A stretch of DNA of 33,321 nucleotides from Candidatus Eiseniibacteriota bacterium (GCA_031364845.1 JANLWX010000166.1:1-33321), one strand, 5' to 3'. Shown: positions 18,993 to 27,670, counted from the stretch's first letter. Numbers and translations are program-made. Notes: generated from the letters alone by a model not told the origin.

Positions 18993-21900
18993 ATGAGCCT
19001 ACTCGAACTCTTCTCAGGTACCCGTCCCGGCGACAATACCGGCACGAGCCAGGATCCCATCCGGCCCGTGCCGGGTGCCGCGCGTTTCCTGCAAACGCGC
19101 GACATCGATCCGCGCCGCGAGTCCAAGCGCGTGACGATCGGCTTCATCGCGCTCGCCGCGATGAGCGCCGCACTGCTCAACATCGGGATCTATCAGAGTG
19201 AGCACCAGCGTGAGCTCCGCGAGCGCTGGACCGAAGTCGAAGACAACGCCACCGACAAGGTGAGCGAGTTGCGCTCGGTGCTCACGCAGTTCACGCAGGA
19301 CGCCGAGCTCGTCGCGGCCATGAGCCGCGACCGCGACGGCCGCCCGCTCGCTCCCGCGTCCATCGGCGAGATGCTGGAGCGCAGCGCGAATACGCTGCGC
19401 TGGAGCGACATCGAACTGCGCAGCCCGGATGGCGAGCTCATCGCGCGCGCGCGGCCGAACCAGGCCCGCATGCCCGCGGCACCGGCCGAGGTCGCGATGC
19501 GCAGCGGGCGCGTTCGCCGCACCACGCTCGGCGTCATGAGCGGCGATGCCGACCGCGCCTCGGTGCTGGTCGCCGCCGTGCCGCTGCGCGACGGACCGCT
19601 CTTCGCGGGGACGCTCGTCGCCTATGCGAACGTCGACGACACGTTGCGCCCGCTGATGTCGAGATGGCCCGGTTTCGGCAAGAGCGCGGGAGCCTACCTC
19701 GCGGCCAACGAGGGCGACGAAGTCGTCATCCTCAGCTCACCCCCGGCTGGATTCGGCATCACCGCGGGGGCGCGCAGCACGCTGAGCGGCGGAGCGTTCC
19801 GCGGGGCGGCGCTCGCCGCCAGCGGTGCCGAATCACGGCTCGAGATGAACCCCGGCACCGCGCGCGGTCCGGTATGGGTCGTGACCCGCCACATTCCGGA
19901 ACTCAATTGCGGTCTCGTGTCGCAGGTACGGTCGTCGGAACTCGAGGCCGGCACCAGCAATGTGCTCGCAGGACTGATCGCCCTCGATGTCGCGATGGTG
20001 CTGATGGTCGCAGCGGCCGTTCTGTTCTGGCGGCGCCAGTTCGAAACCGGACTCTCGCAGCGCGAATGGGAAGTCACGAAGCGCCACGCCAACCAGATTC
20101 AGGCCGTGTTCGACAACGCGTTCGATGCGATCCTGACGTTCGATCGCCGCGGGACGGTCCGCACCGCGAATCCAGCAGCCGAAAAGATCTTCAAACGGCC
20201 GTGCGACGAACTGCGCGGTCTGCCGCTTGCGGAGATCGTGCGTAGCGAGGACGACCATGGTCACTTCGAGCTGCCGGTCCCGGGTCGGGTGATCCGCACC
20301 GAAGCGCTGCATCTCGGCGCCGTGTGTGCTCCGATCGAACTGTCGATCGCATGCGCCGGCGAAGGCGAGGACTTGATCTACACCGCGATCGCGCGCGACA
20401 TCAGCCAGCAGGCCCAGGCCGAGGATCAGGCGCGATCGTTCGCGCACGGACTCGAGACCACGAATCGCCGGCTCGCCGAGGTCAATGCGCAGCTCGAGGA
20501 AGCATCGCGGCTCAAGAGCGAGTTCCTCGCGAACACGTCGCACGAACTGCGCACGCCGCTCAACGGCATGATCGGATTCCTGCAACTGGTGCTGGACGGC
20601 ATGTGCAGCTCGCCCGAGGAAGAGCGCGAGTTCATGCGCCAGGCGCTCGGCTGCTCGCGGCATCTGCTCGGGCTCATCAACGACGTGCTCGACATCGCGA
20701 AGATCGAGTCGGGCAAGCTGACGCTCGACATCGAGGAAGTTCCGCTGCGCAAGCTGTTCGACGAAGTCTATACGGTGACCCACGTCCAGGCCGCGCAGAA
20801 GGGAATCCAGCTCACCTTCGAGGCGCCGGGCCTGCATGCGGCCGGCGTTCGCGGCGACTTCCGCAAGATCAAACAGGTGCTGATCAACCTGGTCGGCAAC
20901 AGCATCAAGTTCACGCCGTCGGGCACCGTGACCGTGCGCGCGACCGAGCACGCGAGCCTCGGCCACTGGATGATCGAGGTCGTCGACACCGGAATCGGCA
21001 TTCCCGCCGACCGCCAGAACCGCATCTTCGAGAAGTTCATGCAGGCCGACGGCAGCACGACCCGCATGTACGGCGGCACCGGGCTCGGACTCGCGATCTC
21101 ACGCAGCCTGATCGAGCTGATGGGCGGCATCATCGGAGTCCACAGCGAAGGTGAAGGCAAGGGAACCCGCATGTATTTCTCCATGCCGCGGTGGCACGAG
21201 GAGATCGACGAGCTTCCGGAGAGCCCGTCGTCGGAGCGCATCGAGGGCCCTCCGGGCGGTCCGCTCGTTCTGCTGGTCGAGGACGATCCGATCTTCCGGC
21301 GCTACCTCGTCGCGTTGCTGCATCGGCAGGGCTACCGCACCGTCGAGGCCCGTCATGCGGAAGGCGGCTGGATGCTGGCGCGGCGCCTGCGTCCCGCCAC
21401 GGTCGTGCTCGACTATGCGCTCTCGTGTCCCGAAGGGGCGGCGCTGCGCACCGGGTGGGATCTCGCCGAGCGCATGGCCACCGACGCCAAGACCCGTCAC
21501 ATCCCGTTGATCTTCGTCACGGGCTTCGAAGACGAAGTCCGCGACCGGCTGCGCTCGACGACGTTCGCCCGCCCGCCGCAGCATCTCGCAAAGCCGGTGG
21601 AAGGAACGCTGCTGATGGACCGGATCGAGGAAATGCTGGGCCGCATCAGCGATCGCGTCGTGCGCATTCTCATGGCCGACGACGATCCCTCGGTGGTCGC
21701 CTACGTGCGCAAGTCGCTGCCCGAGGAACGGTTTCACATCGACGTCGCGAACAACGGCGAAGAGTGCCTGCACATCCTCAGCGTCCAGCCGCGCGGATTC
21801 GATCTGCTGATGCTCGATCTCATGATGCCGTCGGTGAGCGGTTACGACGTCCTGCGCGAACTCGCCCTGAGCGGACTCCACAAGGATCTGCCGGTGCTGG

Positions 21901-22121
21901 TGCTGACGAACTATCCGGAAGCGCGCGACGAGGCCGAGCGCCGCGTGCTCCAGCAAGGGCTCGTGCTCGACGTGCTGCCCAAGTCGTCGGTGCACGACAA
22001 TCCCCTGATCCTTCCGCACATCATCGACTGGCACATGCAGGTCAAGGGTGAGATCTCGGAACATTCCGGATCCAGTTTCGACGTCACGGATGGCGAAGAA
22101 CTTCGTGAGGAGGCGGCGTGA
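18993..22121 (+). CDS. Membrane-bound hybrid sensor histidine kinase (TM, extracytoplasmic sensor, TM, PAS, HisKA, HATPase, two REC); start uncertain (GTG 19068 possible)
   Basis: Two hydrophobic segments; PAS-like VFDNAFDAILTFD; H box SHELRTPLNG; N box NLVGNSIKF; DTGIGI; GGTGLGL; receivers VEDD/LD/KP and ADDD/LDLMMP/K. Confidence 0.93.
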   Translation: MSLLELFSGTRPGDNTGTSQDPIRPVPGAARFLQTRDIDPRRESKRVTIGFIALAAMSAALLNIGIYQSEHQRELRERWTEVEDNATDKVSELRSVLTQFTQDAELVAAMSRDRDGRPLAPASIGEMLERSANTLRWSDIELRSPDGELIARARPNQARMPAAPAEVAMRSGRVRRTTLGVMSGDADRASVLVAAVPLRDGPLFAGTLVAYANVDDTLRPLMSRWPGFGKSAGAYLAANEGDEVVILSSPPAGFGITAGARSTLSGGAFRGAALAASGAESRLEMNPGTARGPVWVVTRHIPELNCGLVSQVRSSELEAGTSNVLAGLIALDVAMVLMVAAAVLFWRRQFETGLSQREWEVTKRHANQIQAVFDNAFDAILTFDRRGTVRTANPAAEKIFKRPCDELRGLPLAEIVRSEDDHGHFELPVPGRVIRTEALHLGAVCAPIELSIACAGEGEDLIYTAIARDISQQAQAEDQARSFAHGLETTNRRLAEVNAQLEEASRLKSEFLANTSHELRTPLNGMIGFLQLVLDGMCSSPEEEREFMRQALGCSRHLLGLINDVLDIAKIESGKLTLDIEEVPLRKLFDEVYTVTHVQAAQKGIQLTFEAPGLHAAGVRGDFRKIKQVLINLVGNSIKFTPSGTVTVRATEHASLGHWMIEVVDTGIGIPADRQNRIFEKFMQADGSTTRMYGGTGLGLAISRSLIELMGGIIGVHSEGEGKGTRMYFSMPRWHEEIDELPESPSSERIEGPPGGPLVLLVEDDPIFRRYLVALLHRQGYRTVEARHAEGGWMLARRLRPATVVLDYALSCPEGAALRTGWDLAERMATDAKTRHIPLIFVTGFEDEVRDRLRSTTFARPPQHLAKPVEGTLLMDRIEEMLGRISDRVVRILMADDDPSVVAYVRKSLPEERFHIDVANNGEECLHILSVQPRGFDLLMLDLMMPSVSGYDVLRELALSGLHKDLPVLVLTNYPEARDEAERRVLQQGLVLDVLPKSSVHDNPLILPHIIDWHMQVKGEISEHSGSSFDVTDGEELREEAA

Positions 22122-22519
22122 AGCATATTCTGGTCGTGGAGGACGACGCGGTGAACGCGTTGTTGTTCCGGATGATTCTCGAGAAACGCGGCGGCTTCCA
22201 GGTCACGGTCACCGAGTCTCCGGACGAGGTGTTCGAGCTGGTGCGCGGCGGGACCGTCGATCTCGTGATCATGGACATCTCGCTGTCGCACTCGCATTAC
22301 CGGGGCAAGCCGGTGGGCGGGGTCGAGTTGTGCGGCCTGATCAAGGATGATCCCGCCATGTCGCGCGTCCCGGTCGTGCTCGCGACCGCGTATGCCATGC
22401 GCGGCGACGCCGAAGCGTTGTTGCGCGACAGCGGGGCGGAAGATTACGTCGCCAAGCCGATCATCGATCACGCCGCGTTCGTGGACCAGATCAAAGGCTA
22501 CTTGAGAGAGGCCGCGTGA
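22118..22519 (+). CDS. Single-domain response regulator, DivK-like
   Basis: GTG start overlapping the kinase stop, SD GAGGAGG; ILVVEDD, MDI, TAYAMRGD and YVAKP motifs. Confidence 0.93.
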   Translation: MKHILVVEDDAVNALLFRMILEKRGGFQVTVTESPDEVFELVRGGTVDLVIMDISLSHSHYRGKPVGGVELCGLIKDDPAMSRVPVVLATAYAMRGDAEALLRDSGAEDYVAKPIIDHAAFVDQIKGYLREAA

Positions 22520-23022
22520 TTCCCAACTCCGACATTCGCGTGCTCGTGGTGGAGGACGACGACGCCTTCCGCCGCATCCTCGAGAAACGGATCGCGGGCG
22601 AGGGCTACACCGTCGCGACCGCGGTCGACGGCCGGGAAGGTATGAAGGCGATCGTGACGTTCGATCCGCACCTGGTGTTGTCCGACTGGATGATGCCGCA
22701 CGTCGACGGCCTCGAGCTGTGTCAGTCGATCAAAGTCGGTCTCAAGGAGGACGCGCCGTACTTCATCCTGCTCAGTGCCCGGGGTGCGGTGAACGAACGC
22801 GTGCTCGGTCTCGAAACCGGCGCCGACGACTATCTCGTGAAGCCATGCGACTCGACCGAGATCCTCGCGCGTGTCCGTGCCGGAGCCAGAATCGTCGGGC
22901 TCTCTCGCGAGCTGCGTGAGGCGCGCGCCGAGGCGGCGGCCCTGCGTGGCGGCGCCGGAAACCACGCCGCCGGGACACCGTCGCCGGGTTGTCCTCACTG
23001 TGGTGCGCGCGAGGCGGCGTGA
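22516..23022 (+). CDS. Response regulator: receiver plus signalling helix, no recognisable output domain
   Basis: GTGA overlap; VLVVEDD, SDWMMP.VDG, GADDYLVKP, LARVRAG; short tail ending CPHCGAREAA. Confidence 0.9.
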   Translation: MIPNSDIRVLVVEDDDAFRRILEKRIAGEGYTVATAVDGREGMKAIVTFDPHLVLSDWMMPHVDGLELCQSIKVGLKEDAPYFILLSARGAVNERVLGLETGADDYLVKPCDSTEILARVRAGARIVGLSRELREARAEAAALRGGAGNHAAGTPSPGCPHCGAREAA

Positions 23023-23074
23023 TGCGTTCCCCGCGCGCGCACCGCGCCCACGACCGGTTCCACTCCGCGCGTCC

Positions 23075-23104
23075 TTGACCGCGACAACCGCGGATTTGTA
23101 GACT
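23075..23104 (+). promoter_or_regulatory. Putative sigma70 promoter for tRNA-Asn
   Basis: TTGACC (23075-23080), 18-nt spacer, TAGACT (23099-23104), then GC-rich discriminator CCCCGGCC. Confidence 0.6.
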
Positions 23105-23175
23105 CCCCGGCCTGTTCGGATCCCGCCCCACCCGGCGGCCGCGGCACTGCGCCCCGCATCGATCCCCATTTACGT

Positions 23176-23250
23176 TCCTCGGTAGCTCAATGGTAGAGCA
23201 TCCGGCTGTTAACCGGAGGGTTGTAGGTTCGAATCCTACCCGAGGAGCCA
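23176..23250 (+). tRNA. tRNA-Asn (GTT)
   Basis: Acceptor stem TCCTCGG/CCGAGGA, D arm TAGCTCAATGGTAGAGC, anticodon stem TCCGG/CCGGA with GTT at 23208-23210, T loop GGTTCGAATCC, encoded CCA. Confidence 0.99.
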
Positions 23251-23259
23251 GTCTTGCAT

Positions 23260-23293
23260 CGCCCCCGCATCTCTTCGAGAGGCGGGGGCGTTT
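23260..23293 (+). terminator. Intrinsic terminator after tRNA-Asn
   Basis: CGCCCCCGC / GCGGGGGCG stem with inner TCTC/GAGA, followed by TTT. Confidence 0.65.
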
Positions 23294-23320
23294 GCCTGTC
23301 CCGCCGGCTTCCGCGACATT
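23292..23320 (+). promoter_or_regulatory. Putative sigma70 promoter for a leaderless nuclease-helicase transcript
   Basis: TTGCCT (23292-23297), 17-nt spacer, GACATT (23315-23320); ATG at 23327 begins 7 nt after the -10 and has no SD. Confidence 0.4.
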
Positions 23321-23326
23321 CGCCCG

Positions 23327-26300
23327 ATGCGCCTCCTCGACCAGCTCCTGATCCTCTCGGCCAGCGACCTCGCGAATCACCTCGGGTGCCGCCACCGCAC
23401 GCAACTCGATCTGCGTGCCGCGCGCCGGGAACTCGCGGTGCCGCACTGGAACGATCCGTCGCTCGAAACTCTGCAGAAGCTCGGAGCCGATCACGAGCGC
23501 CGCTACGTCGAGTCGCTGGAAGCGCAGGGCCTGTCGGTCGCCCGCATCGTCGAGCGTGACGGTGCGCGGGAGGCGACCGAATCCGCCCTGCGCGCCGGGC
23601 ACGACGTCGTGGTTCAGGGCACGCTCGAGAACGACCGCTGGTTCGGCCGCACCGACATCCTGCGCCGCGTCGCGGGCGAGAGCCGCTTCGGACCGTGGGC
23701 GTACGAAGTGTGCGACACCAAGCTCGCGCGCGAGACGCGCGCCGGAACCATCCTCCAGCTGTGCCTCTACTCGGACCTGCTGCGCGAATTGCAGGGCACG
23801 CTTCCCGAGCGCTTCGTCGTGGTCACGCCGGGCGATCCGTTCGACGAGCAGGCTTACCGCGTCGAGGACTTCATGGCGTACTACCGCCACGTGCGCCACC
23901 GGCTCGATCTGGCCGCCGCGGCTTCGATAATGCCGGAAGACGCAGCCTACCCCGAACCCAATCCGCACTGCGATCTGTGCCGCTGGTGGCCGCGCTGCGA
24001 CCAGCGCTGGCAGAACGACGATCATCTCTCACGCGTTGCGAACCTGACGCGGATGCAGCGCGGCGAGCTTGAATCGCGCGGGATCGTGACGCTCGAACGC
24101 TTCGCCGCCGAACCGATCCCGCTCACCTGGCGTCCCGATCGCGGATCGCCCGAGAGTCTGGTGCGCGGCCGCGAGCAGGCCCGCGTTCAGTTCGAGGGTC
24201 GCACGCGCGGCGTTCCGGTCCATGAAGTCGTGCTGCCGATCGTGCCCGGGTTCGGCCTCACCCGGCTGCCGGAACCGACCGCGGGCGATCTGTTCCTCGA
24301 TCTCGAAGGCGATCCGTTCGTCGGCCGCAACGGGCTCGAATACTTGTTCGGCGTTGCGTGGACCGGCGAGCACGGCACTCCCGAGTATCGCGCGTGGTGG
24401 GGGTTCGATGAGGCCGGCGAGCGCGCCGCGTTCGAGCAGCTCGTCGACTTCATGAGCGCGCGAGTCGAAATCGACCCCAGGACCCACATCTATCACTACG
24501 CGCCCTACGAGCCCGGCGCGCTCAAACGCCTGATGGGCCGCTACGGAACGCGCGAAGACGCGATCGACCAGCTGCTGCGCGGCGAGCGGTTCGTCGATCT
24601 CTACGGCGCGGTGCGCCACGCCGTGCGCGCGAGTGTGGAGAGTTACTCGATCAAAGACCTCGAACGTTTCTTCGGCTACACGCGCGAGATCGCGCTGCGC
24701 GACATGGCGCCGTACAAGCGCGCGCTCGAGCAGGCGCTCGAGCTGGGCCAGCACGATGCGATCACGGCCGAGTCGCGCGCGGCGGTCGAATGCTACAACC
24801 GCGACGATTGCGTTTCGGCGTTGCGCCTGCGCGAGTGGCTCGAGAAACTGCGGGAGGGTCAGGAGCGCCAGGGAGTCGAGGTGCCGCGGCCGGTACCGAA
24901 GGTGATCGAGCAGGAGAAGCCGCCGAACGAGCGGCGGATGCAGGCCCGGGCGCTGGCGGCGGAACTGGTGGAGGGCATCGCGCCCGTGCCTTCGGAGCGC
25001 GGCCCCGCAGAGCACGCGCGCTGGCTGCTCGCCCAGCTTCTCGAGTTCCACTGGCGCGAGGAGAAGGCCGCGTGGTGGGAGCATTACCGCCTGATCGGGC
25101 TGAACGACGATGAGCTGCGCGAGGACCGTGCTGCGATCGCGGATCTGGAGTTCGTCGCGGCCGTCGGGGGAACCGCGAAGAAACCGGTCCACCGCTATCG
25201 ATTCGCGCTGCAGGAGACCGATGTGCGCATCGACGATGACCTCAAGCTCGCCGGCGAAGGAACCGGCTGGGGAACCGTGGTCGCGATGGATCCCGGGGAG
25301 CGAACGATCGACATCGAGAAGATGGCGAAGACCTCCGACGTACATGCGACTGCAGCCTACCGCCACAGAGTCATTGGCGCTGTCGCCCAGGAGGAATCCC
25401 TGATCCGGCTCGGCGAGTGGGTGCGCGATCACGATTTCGCCGCCGAAGGACCGCATCGCGCGGCGCTCGATCTGTTGCTCGCGGAACCGCCGCGGCTCGC
25501 CGGTGGCGCCGGCCTCGATGCGCGACCCGGGGAAGATCCCGTCACGCACGCGCAGCGCATCGGGTTGTCACTCGATCACTGTGTGCTGCCGATCCAGGGA
25601 CCGCCGGGGGCCGGCAAGACCCACACGGGGGCCCGCATGATCGTGGCGATGGTGGAGCACGGACTCAAGGTCGGTGTCACCGCGAACAGCCATAAGGTGA
25701 TCCGCAATCTGTTGGACGAAGTGCTGGAGGCGGCTGCCGAAGCCCGCGGGGGCGATGGAGTCGAGGTCGCGTGCATCCAGAAGATCGGATCGTCCGACGC
25801 GGTCGGCGGTGCCGTGCGCGAAGTCGAAGACAACGTCCTGGTGCTCGAAGCGCTCAACGAAGGCACCGCCCAGGTCGGAGCGGGAACCTCGTGGATGTGG
25901 GCGCGCGAGGAGTACGCCGATGTCGTCGATGTCCTGTTCGTCGACGAAGCCGGCCAGATGTCGCTCGCGAACGTCGTCGCGGTCGCGCAGGCCGCATCGA
26001 GCGTCGTGCTGCTCGGCGATCCGCGCCAGCTCGAACAGCCGATCCAGGGCAGCCATCCCGACGGTGTCGCGGTCTCGGCGCTCGAACACCTGCTGCAGGG
26101 GCATGCGACCGTGCCCGCGGATCGCGGGTTGTTTCTGGGCCGGACCTGGCGGCTCGCACCCGCGATCTGCGATTTCACGTCGGAAGCATTCTACGAGCGC
26201 CGCCTCCAACCGCAACGCGATCTGTCGCGGCACGTGCTCGACGGCCCGCACCGGTTCGCGGGCGCGGGCCTGTGGTACGTGCCCGTGATGCACGAGGGCA

Positions 26301-26770
26301 ACCAGAACTCGTCCCCCGAGGAAGTCGAAGCGGTCGCCGCGATCGTGGACGAGTTGCTCGACGGCGGCGCAGGCTGGGTGGACCGCCATGGAAACCGCGC
26401 GCCGCTCGGTGCCGCCGACATTCTGATCGTGGCGCCCTACAACGCGCACGTCGCGCGCCTCGGCGAGCGGCTCGCGGAGCGCGGCATCAAGGTCGGCACC
26501 GTGGATCGCTTCCAGGGTCAGGAAGCGCCGGTCGTGATCTACGCGCTCGCGACCTCGACCCCCGAAGAAGCTCCGCGCGGGATGGAGTTCCTCTACAGCC
26601 CCAACCGCCTCAACGTTGCGACCTCGCGGGCGCAGTGTGCGTGCATCGTGGTCGCGAGCCCGCGGCTGTTCGAGCCCGACTGCCGGTCGCCGCGCCAGAT
26701 GCAGCTCGCGAATGCGTTCTGCCGGTATCTCGAGCTGGCGAAGACCGTGGAGTTCGATCTCGGCGAGTGA
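23327..26770 (+). CDS. TM0106-family RecB-like nuclease fused to an RNase H-like exonuclease and an SF1B (Dna2/Upf1-like) helicase
   Basis: SASDL...GC; GRTDIL...YEVCDTKLA (PD-(D/E)xK); QLCLYS; CDLCRWWPRC; FLDLEG, HYAPYE, FVDLY, YSIKDLE, YNRDD; QGPPGAGKT, DEAGQ, GDPRQL, TVDRFQGQE, NRLNVATSRA. Confidence 0.92.
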   Translation: MRLLDQLLILSASDLANHLGCRHRTQLDLRAARRELAVPHWNDPSLETLQKLGADHERRYVESLEAQGLSVARIVERDGAREATESALRAGHDVVVQGTLENDRWFGRTDILRRVAGESRFGPWAYEVCDTKLARETRAGTILQLCLYSDLLRELQGTLPERFVVVTPGDPFDEQAYRVEDFMAYYRHVRHRLDLAAAASIMPEDAAYPEPNPHCDLCRWWPRCDQRWQNDDHLSRVANLTRMQRGELESRGIVTLERFAAEPIPLTWRPDRGSPESLVRGREQARVQFEGRTRGVPVHEVVLPIVPGFGLTRLPEPTAGDLFLDLEGDPFVGRNGLEYLFGVAWTGEHGTPEYRAWWGFDEAGERAAFEQLVDFMSARVEIDPRTHIYHYAPYEPGALKRLMGRYGTREDAIDQLLRGERFVDLYGAVRHAVRASVESYSIKDLERFFGYTREIALRDMAPYKRALEQALELGQHDAITAESRAAVECYNRDDCVSALRLREWLEKLREGQERQGVEVPRPVPKVIEQEKPPNERRMQARALAAELVEGIAPVPSERGPAEHARWLLAQLLEFHWREEKAAWWEHYRLIGLNDDELREDRAAIADLEFVAAVGGTAKKPVHRYRFALQETDVRIDDDLKLAGEGTGWGTVVAMDPGERTIDIEKMAKTSDVHATAAYRHRVIGAVAQEESLIRLGEWVRDHDFAAEGPHRAALDLLLAEPPRLAGGAGLDARPGEDPVTHAQRIGLSLDHCVLPIQGPPGAGKTHTGARMIVAMVEHGLKVGVTANSHKVIRNLLDEVLEAAAEARGGDGVEVACIQKIGSSDAVGGAVREVEDNVLVLEALNEGTAQVGAGTSWMWAREEYADVVDVLFVDEAGQMSLANVVAVAQAASSVVLLGDPRQLEQPIQGSHPDGVAVSALEHLLQGHATVPADRGLFLGRTWRLAPAICDFTSEAFYERRLQPQRDLSRHVLDGPHRFAGAGLWYVPVMHEGNQNSSPEEVEAVAAIVDELLDGGAGWVDRHGNRAPLGAADILIVAPYNAHVARLGERLAERGIKVGTVDRFQGQEAPVVIYALATSTPEEAPRGMEFLYSPNRLNVATSRAQCACIVVASPRLFEPDCRSPRQMQLANAFCRYLELAKTVEFDLGE

Positions 26771-26809
26771 CACGCGTCGCGGTGCTCAGCCCGCGCCAAC
26801 GAACGTCCG

Positions 26810-27670
26810 TCAGGCCGAGCCGGTCACCAGCACCGCGTGGCAGCCGCCGCGGCTCGTCGTGTCGTCGTGCTCACTGCCCGGTGCCGCGCGATGATAGTCG
26901 CCTGGATGCATGTCGCGTCCGAGCGTGCGCGCATTTCCGTTCAACAAGTAGAGCTCTTCCGGGGTGTCGTGACGATGCTCGGGGAACCGCGCTCCGGGCT
27001 CGAGCCGCGCGATCGTCACGCTGCGACGAGTCGCGCGATCGCTGCCGAGCGGCTTGAAGTGAGTGCCCCCGCCCGCATCGATCCAATCACCTTCGCTCGC
27101 GCGCACCGTGCGCCCCGCGCCGAGCCCGTCGCGATCCACCGGAGTCGCGGGCCGCAGCGTGAACACGACGCATCCCCCGAGGCTTCGCGCCGGATGCCGG
27201 CCCGCGCCGAGTTCGCGCCAGTCGCCTTCACCCAGCTGCACGCCGCCGAGATCGATGTCGCCCGAGGCGACGAGGATGCTCTCGCCCGCGAGTGAGTCGA
27301 AGGCTTCCGATGTGGCGCCCGCATCGAGCCGCACCAGTGCCGTGTCCGAGCGATCGACCGGATCGATGAACAATGGTCTCACGTGAACGCCGCGCTCGGA
27401 CGTGGGGTTCCAGCCGTCCTCGTTCGCGAGCAGGAAATAGAAACCGTCCGAGCCGATGCGCGAAAACAGCCGGCGCTTGAGCTCGAGCGCGGGCTTGGCA
27501 CGCGGTGCCGCGAGTCCGATCAGCGGTACCAGGTTCTCCACCGCGGCCATCTCGGCGAGCAGTGCAGGTTCCTCGGTGGCGAGGCGCGCGCGGAATCGGG
27601 CGAGTGCATCGCCTTCGAGCAGCCCGAGAGCGAACAACTCACACAGTTCGCGCGTGGTCCGGTCGCTCAT
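26810..27670 (-). CDS. Anti-sigma factor-like protein with two ChrR-type cupin domains
   Basis: N-terminal anti-sigma-like ELFALGLLEG..L.RF..RL; cupin 1 W...GV.VRPL...LVRLDAG...LGEGD; cupin 2 RLEPGARFPEHRH...EELYLL.G...PGDYHRAAPGSEH. Confidence 0.85.
   Translation of the reverse strand: MSDRTTRELCELFALGLLEGDALARFRARLATEEPALLAEMAAVENLVPLIGLAAPRAKPALELKRRLFSRIGSDGFYFLLANEDGWNPTSERGVHVRPLFIDPVDRSDTALVRLDAGATSEAFDSLAGESILVASGDIDLGGVQLGEGDWRELGAGRHPARSLGGCVVFTLRPATPVDRDGLGAGRTVRASEGDWIDAGGGTHFKPLGSDRATRRSVTIARLEPGARFPEHRHDTPEELYLLNGNARTLGRDMHPGDYHRAAPGSEHDDTTSRGGCHAVLVTGSA

Noticed and set aside
23022..23078. 18-codon ORF ([18 protein letters not shown]) coupled to the last receiver gene
   Set aside because: No recognisable features, and it ends within the tRNA -35 box; it cannot be supported as a gene.
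23327..24000. Cas4 or a CRISPR-Cas locus
   Set aside because: The Cas4-like Cys pattern is part of a TM0106 fusion; no repeat-spacer array or other cas genes are present.
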